This document shows positions 40,482 through 47,779 of a DNA stretch of 47,779 nt, piece after piece. The notes beneath the pieces were generated by a model, which was given only the letters and a program-made list of their open reading frames with translations, ran no database searches and was not told the origin of the DNA. The DNA lies in contig MU006035.1 of the NCBI GenBank assembly GCA_010093745.1, forward strand, positions 1 to 47,779, read 5' to 3'. The DNA comes from Piedraia hortae CBS 480.64. Taxonomy: Eukaryota. Position 1 is the stretch's first letter; each line of letters begins with the position of its first letter. Made by a program: the position numbers and the translations under genes.

Positions 40482-41698
40482 ATGGCATACTCTGGCTGGA
40501 TGGCGAGACAAACGCTATATCAACCCGTTCAGCCTTTCTCCAACTATGTCTCGAATCAAAGCCAATCAATCGGCTCTGATTGGACGTTCGAATCAGTAGT
40601 TTCAGCTCCGGCAGAGTTCCCGCCACCCATCTTGCCCCAGTCCCAGGACGAGGTCAAATGCACGCAGCAAACCCCACAATCACCCCACTCTCATGCAGAT
40701 GGACTTGCGTTGGCCCAACGCGATCCCAAGACCAGTCTCCCTTCAAAAAGTATGTCCCAAGGCCATTATGTTGCTGTCCTTCCTCGTCGGGATGCCAACG
40801 CCCGCAAGAAAACCAAGCGAACTGATATTCCGGCGGGGAGAAACCTCCAGAACCTCGATGCCATGATTTCCGAGACCACGGATGAAACGCTTGTGCTAGA
40901 ACTCAAACAGCACAAGCGCCTACTTCGTAACCGGGGGGCAGCGTAAGACTATTACCCGGTTATTGCATTAGTCCCTAACTCGTTTCTAGGCTCGCTTCTC
41001 GTCAGCGCAAGAAGAAGTACACAGAAGACCTTGAGAAAAAGGAAAAGCTGCATGTACAGCAGATTAGCGCTTTGGAGAAGGAAGTTGACAATCTGCATCT
41101 TGAACTCTCGCGACGCGAGCAGCGAGCCAATGGCGAGATCGAGTCTTTGAAAGACGAGATTCGATCGCTCAAGTTGGACTGTCAAGCAGAAGTGACCATA
41201 CCAACCTGCCCCGACGCTGATGTTCTCCTGTGGGGGATGCCCATGGCTCCAAACTCGGTTGACACTTCTCAAGATACCGACGCATCCTTTGCGTCTGGTC
41301 TCCTCTTTGCGCTGCTTCTGTGTGGTGCCGTAGCCACATCACAGTGGTCCCGGGAGCCCGTTGAGATGCCACACATGCCGGTAGAGGTGTGTACCGCGAC
41401 GCTTGAGGTCCTGGACAGCCTGCTGTCTCGAGCGGACGGGACTGTTGATGGACAACAGATGATGCAGCTGCATCCGCTTGCCGTGGATAGTGTGCAGCCG
41501 ATATCAGGTCCCACATCGCCACCAACACCGACTACTCCAGGACGCACATTGGGTCAATTCTTGGCGAATCTGCAGCGGCAGATCAGTATGCACTCGGCCA
41601 GCCTGCCATGGGAGAAAATCTCATTGGATGTGGTAAGAAAGTGTCGTGATCTCGTACGGGGACAGCACGCGCAGTACGCGTTGGATCTGAGATGGTGA
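40482..41698 (+). CDS. bZIP transcription factor with C-terminal hydrophobic segment (LziP-like), start uncertain
   Basis: Intron 40943-40989 joins ELKQHKRLLRNRGAA|LASRQRKKKYTEDLE, followed by a heptad region and FASGLLFALLLCGAVAT. TATAAA near 40288. First in-frame ATG at 40482. Confidence 0.7.
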
Positions 41699-41737
41699 CG
41701 ACGATGATGGTAATGACAACCACGAAGACGACGACAG

Positions 41738-41740
41738 TGA

Positions 41741-41774
<34 letters not shown>

Positions 41775-41782
41775 GGTGGTGG
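41738..41782. repeat. Compound (TGA)n(TGG)n trinucleotide microsatellite
   Basis: About 7 TGA followed by about 8 TGG, between the convergent bZIP and SEL1 genes. Confidence 0.9.
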
Positions 41783-41935
41783 CAATGATATTTTATGACT
41801 TATGGCTAGAAGTGTGCCAACAATGGAGCGTCTCTTGTTTGCGGTCATAACTACTGTCCTGGCACCACAGCCCTCTCTGGCAGAAGGCTGCTGGTCGGGA
41901 GACCGTCGTGGAGATATTTTGATGAAAACAGGCAA

Positions 41936-42868
41936 TCAAGGATTATACTTGTTCTTCCAAATCCACGAATTCCCCACCGCCGGCCTCCCCCTGACCTTTT
42001 CCGCCTCCCGCAAGAAGCGTGCGGCGGCAAACTTGTCTTTGCGGCCGCCGAATCCGTCGAGATAACACCAAGCCGCCTCTTCCATGGCATCTGGATCGCC
42101 CAGATTAGCAGCCGTTTCGTAGTAATGGCGTGCAGCAGCTGGGTCTTTCTGAATGCCCCAGCCATGACGAAAGCAGTTGCCTAGTTCGAAAATTGCGAGG
42201 ACAAGTTCGCCTTTGGCTCCACCCTTTGTCAGCGCGTCTTTCTCAATCATGGCAGAGTTGGAGGCGGCAAGGGAGAGGTAGCGAATGGCTCCATCCGTGT
42301 CAACAGGTGTTCCCCAGCCATGGCGAAGTGCAAGGCCATAGAGCACTTGAGCCAGAGCATGATTGGAGTCAGCCAGTTGGTGGAAGATGGCCGTTGCTTT
42401 GTTGAGTTCTCCTTCCTCGTGAAGGCGGATTCCTTCCTGCAGGGTGGCCTCGACTTCGTCGGCTTGCGGCGGGGCAGTTGTGCGTGGCACAGCTGCTTTT
42501 GGGACGGGATTCGTCTGCGCCAGAACGGTTGCCCTCTCTTCCCATTCGGCCTCGGCTTTGCCGTTTCCCAGAGCCGGGGCCGGTGCATCAGGCAAGTCTC
42601 GTGGCAGAATGGCAGACGACGACCGCGGTCGGGTCTCACGGTGAAAACTCAGTTTCTCCTTCAGCCGCTTCGGGTCCTTGTCCCGCTCTTGATGCCATGA
42701 CCGTCGAAGTCTGAGGCCACGGGTCTTCTTGGGAGGAGCTGCCGGCTTCTCCGGGCTGGGAGGTTCGATGACTTCCTGCAAATCTGTTGTTGTGCGCAGA
42801 ATCGTCAGCTCAGGCTTTGGCTTCGGCTGGACGGTTTCTTTTTTGCGGATTAGGTCCTTTAGCGCCAT
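41936..42868 (-). CDS. SEL1-repeat protein, Nif1/Dsf2-like
   Basis: LQEGIRLHEEGEL..AQVLYGLALRHGWG, ELVLAIFELGNCFRHGWG..YYETAANLGDPDAM and GNSWIWKNKY. Confidence 0.8.
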   Translation of the reverse strand: MALKDLIRKKETVQPKPKPELTILRTTTDLQEVIEPPSPEKPAAPPKKTRGLRLRRSWHQERDKDPKRLKEKLSFHRETRPRSSSAILPRDLPDAPAPALGNGKAEAEWEERATVLAQTNPVPKAAVPRTTAPPQADEVEATLQEGIRLHEEGELNKATAIFHQLADSNHALAQVLYGLALRHGWGTPVDTDGAIRYLSLAASNSAMIEKDALTKGGAKGELVLAIFELGNCFRHGWGIQKDPAAARHYYETAANLGDPDAMEEAAWCYLDGFGGRKDKFAAARFLREAEKVRGRPAVGNSWIWKNKYNP

Positions 42869-43061
42869 GTTGCCTTGCTGTCATGGCTCCGACGTCAGCC
42901 TGTTGGTGACGGATGTCACATTAGTCGTGTATCACAATGGTGAAGCCCCGCCATGCCACCCCCCATCATATAACGATATATCAGGACAGTTGGAACACTG
43001 AGAAGGAAAGGGAAATGAATGAAAACGATCCATTAAACCGTAGTAACCTAGAGTGATTACA

Positions 43062-44021
43062 CTAGCCGAGACGAACAAAATCTTGCTGCTGTGAAAGACC
43101 CGCGTCGGGACTTTGCGGTGGTGACTCTGATTTACCGGCTTTGCGCAAAACACTGGCATGCTCCGGATGGGGCAATGGACAACGTCCAGCCTTATTCCGA
43201 GCACACTGGCCAGTGTTGGCAAAGTCTGGACACTCGTGGACATGACGTTGGTCACAGTCCGCTCCCCGCGCACAGTAGCCCGTCGTGGCAAAATCGCGGC
43301 AGACGGGAGCGGCGGGAGACACGGCAACGTGGGGGTAGCGACAAGCTTCGTTTGTGCACATTGCACGGAGGAAAAAGGTGCAGGCCGGCACCCGGTGGTA
43401 GGTCATTTCGTGGGAAAGGTCGCAGTGCTCACCTCGCGGACACTTGCCCGTCTTGAGGAAATCCTTGCAGATGGCAACCTTATTCGGATCATGGGCATAG
43501 CGGCAGCGCGGCCCAAAAGGACATGTACCTGCATCAACGGTTAGAAAGCGACTTACCCGTTACGAGAATGCTACCGTGTTTTGTGAAGTTCTCGCACTGT
43601 GGTCGTGTTTTGTCACCTGCCTGTCAGCGTCATCTTTTCAACATGTCCAGGACGTACCCAACTTCCGACCGGAAGCCTGGACATGGCCGTCCTCGGCCGT
43701 CTCCCGCTCCGTCTGTTTCTCGGCCTTTGCCCGTTGTTCTCCCGCAAACGTGGATCTCATCGTGATGGCATTGTTGCGCATCACGAGGTTTCCGGCGGCG
43801 GGAGGGTTCGCAGCGACCGCAGGGCCATTCAGGACAAGCGTCCGGTTTTTATGGACGCGCAACGTACCACCACGACCTCGCCGCGCATACGGTCGCCATC
43901 GCGAAGCGCCATGCTGTGAAAAGTTGCCCCTCAAGGGAACCTGTTGTTGCTGCTGTTTATGTACGTTAATACGATTCGCTAAGACCGCAATCTGTGCCAT
44001 CAAGTCTGCCTCGTCAGCCAT
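43062..44021 (-). CDS. Tandem CCCH zinc-finger protein, ZC3H3/Red5-like
   Basis: ATG 44021 (MADEADLMAQIAVLANRINVHK). Introns 43617-43657 (41 nt) and 43529-43574 restore CENFTKHGTCPFGPRCRYAH, followed by four more CCCH fingers. Confidence 0.8.
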
Positions 44022-44227
44022 GTTAGTGGAAGAAGTTGGGAACTGCACTTGAGCCCACCTACACGACTTACACGCTAGGCCGCTTTCAGATTAGTTCCGA
44101 ATCATTTCCGTCACATGTGGGGCCGTCCCCGATGGAGGTTAGCGCTTAATTCAGCGTGTGACTATTCTAAGTTGTGGTAAGCGCTAATCTTGATCGGTGC
44201 TCTGGTATCCCACAGAAGCCCCCACCT

Positions 44228-45181
44228 TCAGGGAAAGGCGGCCTTTAGATTCTCCACTATGGCAAATATAAATGCACTACTTGGGATTGATCTCGCTACA
44301 GTTATGCCACAACCGCGGTAGAGTCCACGAAGCCCATGTGCCCGCCAGAGCTCCCTGCCAACCGTTGCGAAGCCTGGCCGATTCTGGCTCAGCTCGCCAG
44401 TTTGCATTGTGCTTTTGATGGTGTCAGCAGGGTAGAACAGGAAGTTGTACGTCGCGCCGGCAGCCGCCCCAGACATCATTTGCTGGGCGATGGGAATGGT
44501 GACCACTCTATCTTCAGGCTGGTCGGTGGCTGCAGTGATGCGCCGCCTGAACCAAGCGGTGCAAAACTCATAGCTCCCAAACCATGCTGCCGTTCCGCCC
44601 GTTTCCCGGAAGAATGTGCCAATATGCCCTCTCCAGAAACCGAGAATGCCTTCCTGGCGGAACACATCCCGTATGACAGTAAAAGGCGAGTGTACAGCGC
44701 GAGATTGTGGCGAGTACTGCATGCGACACTTGACAAGCTCAATTGGTGTCAATATGAGCGAAGTTAATGCGCCTGAGAGACCGCCAGCGACCGTTTTCCA
44801 GCCAAGTGTTAGTTCCATCTCTTCTTCAGCTCGTAAAAATCTCTGTGCAACTGTATAAGAGCCGAATAGTGCGGCATTTTCTGCCGCTGCGCCCGCTATA
44901 GGGGCGCTGACACCGCGATACAGGCTGCGAAATCCTCCGGTCCGCAAGCTCCATCGGAAGCAGTCCAAAGGGCCAGTAAACTGTAGTGGTAGATGGTGTG
45001 GCTGCGATTGGAGGCGCACTTTGACCGTATCAAATGGGTACTCTATTAGTTTTCCTGCACATCCTGCAAAACTGCCGAAAAGAAGATCTCGTAGGGCCTC
45101 GGTGCTGGCAGAGTGCTTGGCCTGTGCGTTTTTACTAGCAAAATGCGCCGGTGGGAACAAGTGGTAGGTCTCATCTGGCAT
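44228..45181 (-). CDS. ORT1: Mitochondrial carrier, ornithine transporter Ort1/Arg-13 type
   Basis: Three carrier signatures (YPFDTVKVRLQ, TPIELVKCRMQ, YPADTIKSTMQ), plus AAENAALF and RETGGTAAWFGSYE. Confidence 0.85.
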   Translation of the reverse strand: MPDETYHLFPPAHFASKNAQAKHSASTEALRDLLFGSFAGCAGKLIEYPFDTVKVRLQSQPHHLPLQFTGPLDCFRWSLRTGGFRSLYRGVSAPIAGAAAENAALFGSYTVAQRFLRAEEEMELTLGWKTVAGGLSGALTSLILTPIELVKCRMQYSPQSRAVHSPFTVIRDVFRQEGILGFWRGHIGTFFRETGGTAAWFGSYEFCTAWFRRRITAATDQPEDRVVTIPIAQQMMSGAAAGATYNFLFYPADTIKSTMQTGELSQNRPGFATVGRELWRAHGLRGLYRGCGITVARSIPSSAFIFAIVENLKAAFP

Positions 45182-45371
45182 GGCAACTTGGCATTAACAT
45201 GGTTTTATGACACTGGCAGAAAACGCACACAACAGTCGTTTCATATATGCTCGTCGGAGAATTTCCAAGATTTTTTGCTGGGAAACCCTGCAAGCGCCGG
45301 ACCGTCCCGATCCGAACCTTAACGCATCAGCGAAATCTGAAGCCATTCCTTGATGGCTTTGAAGACGCGAG

Positions 45372-47030
45372 ATGCCTAAGCGCAAGTCCCTGGATGTGCC
45401 GGATACAAGGCCTAAAAAGAGCCAAAGAAGACAGAGTCCCAAGCGGCAGCCGCATCCAGGCTTGCGCCCCACGACTCGCGACGAACCTGACGATGCGCAG
45501 CTCTCTAAGAAGGTGCTCTTTTCCACCCCGACTAGGCGTGACAAGCACCCCCAATCGAAGACTGCCGAGACGCCCATTGCCATACGAAATGATAGATCTG
45601 CGCGGAAACGAAGCCAGCGCATTCTGGTAGTTCATGACTCCGACGTTGAAGAGGATGAGTTTGAAGGCGAAGTCGCCATTGCACAACAGATCTGGGATGA
45701 TGAGGAGGCTACGAGGGTGGATGATGGCGACACTAATGTAGAGGAGGTGGTGGTGGTGGAGGAGGAGGAGGAGGAGGAGGAGGAGCCATCTCTGGCTCCA
45801 GAACCCACAGCAAAGGCTGGAAGACGGAGAGGCAGACCCGGAAAGCTGCTCCCTTCGCCGTCGCCACCTCCTGATCTGACGCCGCATGAGCGATATTTCC
45901 TGCAAAACCGTACAGGCACAACCAAGACCTCTGCGAGCACACTCGCCGCTGATCAACTCCTCAACCACGACGATTACCTCGCGCAAATCAATGCGCACAC
46001 TGATCCACACGCAGCACATATAACTCGATTAGGCCGTCTTCATGAGCGTGCCTTTGACCAATGGAACTTTGAGCTCGATGCCGGTTTCAACCTTTGCCTC
46101 TATGGTTACGGCAGCAAGCGCAGCCTGGTCATGGAATTTGCAGAGCGCGTCTACGACCTCTCCAATGGACGTCGCACGATAGTCGTTTTCAACGGCTATG
46201 CTCCCGGTACCACTATTCGGGAAATGCTCATCACACTCGCGCAAGCGGCTTTGCCCAAGGGCACCAAGCTCCCTACTCATCCTAACTCTCTTGTGGATCT
46301 CCTTCTTTCCTCTCTAACAGGCTCTTCCAAGATTACACTTGTAATGCACTCTCTCGATCACATTTACGTCCGCAAATCAGCCACGCAGTCTCTCCTCGCC
46401 CGCCTAGCCGCCCACCCATCCATATCTCTCATCGCAACATGCGACACACCGCACTTTCCTCTCCTATGGGACGCAGGCCTCGTCCGCCAATTCCACTTCC
46501 TATTTCACGACGCAACGACATTCCAACCCTACACTATTGAACTCGACGCCGTAGAAGAAGTTAACACCCTCCTCGGACGGCACGGCACGCGCCTTAACGG
46601 AAAAGACGGCGTGCACTACGTTTTGCAAAGCTTGCCCGAGAACGCACGAGCTTTATTCAGGATCCTAGTTGCGGAACAGCTCGCTCTCGCGGACACTACC
46701 GCTGGCGAGGAGGTTGAGAACAACGAACCCGTAGATATGCTAGGGGCAGAGCATGATGAAGATGCTCTGCATCAACAGCCTACTCCTGCGCGGAGGGCGC
46801 GTAGGCAAAAGCAGAAACTTCCGCCTATGCATGGCGTGGAATACAGGACTCTGTACCAAAAGGCTGTTGAGGAATTTGTCTGCTCCAGTGAACTCAGCTT
46901 TCGCACGTTGCTCAAGGAGTTTAGAGATCATCAGATGGTTGATAGTACGCGCGATGCTGCGGGGACGGAGAAGTTAAGCGTGCCCTTTGGGAGGACGGAA
47001 CTGGAAGGGTTGTTGGAGAGTTTGGTTTAA
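45372..47030 (+). CDS. ORC2: Origin recognition complex subunit 2
   Basis: FDQWNFELDAGFNLCLYGYGSKR, VFNGY, FLFHDATTFQPY, GVHYVLQSLPENARALF and FRTLLKEFRDHQMV. Contains a (GTG)n(GAG)n tract encoding poly-V/poly-E. Confidence 0.95.
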   Translation: MPKRKSLDVPDTRPKKSQRRQSPKRQPHPGLRPTTRDEPDDAQLSKKVLFSTPTRRDKHPQSKTAETPIAIRNDRSARKRSQRILVVHDSDVEEDEFEGEVAIAQQIWDDEEATRVDDGDTNVEEVVVVEEEEEEEEEPSLAPEPTAKAGRRRGRPGKLLPSPSPPPDLTPHERYFLQNRTGTTKTSASTLAADQLLNHDDYLAQINAHTDPHAAHITRLGRLHERAFDQWNFELDAGFNLCLYGYGSKRSLVMEFAERVYDLSNGRRTIVVFNGYAPGTTIREMLITLAQAALPKGTKLPTHPNSLVDLLLSSLTGSSKITLVMHSLDHIYVRKSATQSLLARLAAHPSISLIATCDTPHFPLLWDAGLVRQFHFLFHDATTFQPYTIELDAVEEVNTLLGRHGTRLNGKDGVHYVLQSLPENARALFRILVAEQLALADTTAGEEVENNEPVDMLGAEHDEDALHQQPTPARRARRQKQKLPPMHGVEYRTLYQKAVEEFVCSSELSFRTLLKEFRDHQMVDSTRDAAGTEKLSVPFGRTELEGLLESLV

Positions 47031-47779
47031 TGAGATTTAGGGGTAGAGAGCTAGAGCGAGTGATGGTGGTCGCCATATTCGATCAGATTCGCACTTATTC
47101 ATCCACACCAGCCAGGTACGAATAGCCCGGCGAGGACACATCTGTAGGGGCAGAGGTTTCCATATGACTATCTATGTCGATCAATCTCACGGTTTGGTTT
47201 TGTAAAAAATTTCAAAGCTTATTTATGTGCATGTGCACGCATGAATGCTACATAACACAAGGCAGTATGTCATAGAAGATAGTGGAGTAACTGCAACACC
47301 GTCTGATCATCTCTTGTGCACATCAGCTCTGATTCTTCCGAACTTAGGTCAACACCGGCTCATCCCCACCGTCTCTAGATGGTCCAGGGTATGGTCCGTG
47401 CCGTCACCAGGTGTGCTGGTGGGGTTGAAGTTCCGTTGCGAACAAGCAGAAAAGCCGGAAAGTGATAATTTCCAGGAGAAGCTTTCGAGATGGCATTATT
47501 CGATATCTAAATCATCAGATACAGCACTGAACCTGAAATTCTGCCTAGATGGACCACTTGCGCAAGGAGTCGTTCAAAAGAAAGGGTAAAACCCAGAAGA
47601 CTAACTGGCTGAAGGCGATAGGGGGGGAGTCTGGCTTTTTTCCGCCAGTGCGACACGCCAACCCTAATTGGGCAAGTGAACTTCTATTATAATTGTGAGC
47701 AGATGTGTACCTGCATACAAATCTCTACGGAAAACTAGTTGACGCGTGAAGTCGAGAGCCGAGCGACGGTTACTAATAA

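Noticed and set aside
47245..47589. 114-aa ORF after ORC2
   Set aside because: No recognisable domain or splice-supported extension, and it lies near the window edge.
1..47779. Transposons, CRISPR arrays, tRNA or rRNA genes
   Set aside because: No transposase or RT motifs, terminal repeats, repeat-spacer arrays or cloverleaf/rRNA signatures seen by eye. A tRNAscan-SE run would be needed to exclude intron-containing tRNAs.

Overview
Gene-dense eukaryotic chromosome segment from a filamentous ascomycete. Protein style and architecture suggest a streamlined Dothideomycete, but that is inference. I support about 24 protein genes, mostly conserved housekeeping: RQT4/TRIP4-like, a Zn2Cys6 TF, a kinase-like protein, DUF2461, TYW3, NEW1/elf1, signal peptide peptidase, CHS4/SKT5, FUM1, MMS19, MTD1, ABP1, UBP6, REC8, ISU1, EGD1, a Naa50-like GNAT, a PX protein, a bZIP, a Nif1/Dsf2-like protein, a CCCH zinc finger, ORT1 and ORC2. 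Many need very short introns (41-58 nt) that the ORF track does not show. Highlights: (1) EGD1 can only be reconstructed with a single-nucleotide exon (G at 34742). (2) A non-coding spliced host gene carries two intronic double-guide C/D snoRNAs with guide combinations unlike the yeast ones I recall. (3) The DUF2461 and TYW3 start codons diverge only 8 nt apart. (4) Repeated C-rich to G-rich skew flips override codon usage regardless of gene strand. (5) A decayed GH16 pseudogene shows C>T changes at CC sites. I found no transposon, CRISPR, tRNA or rRNA. All homology and rRNA-target calls come from motif recognition and recalled sequences, not database searches.
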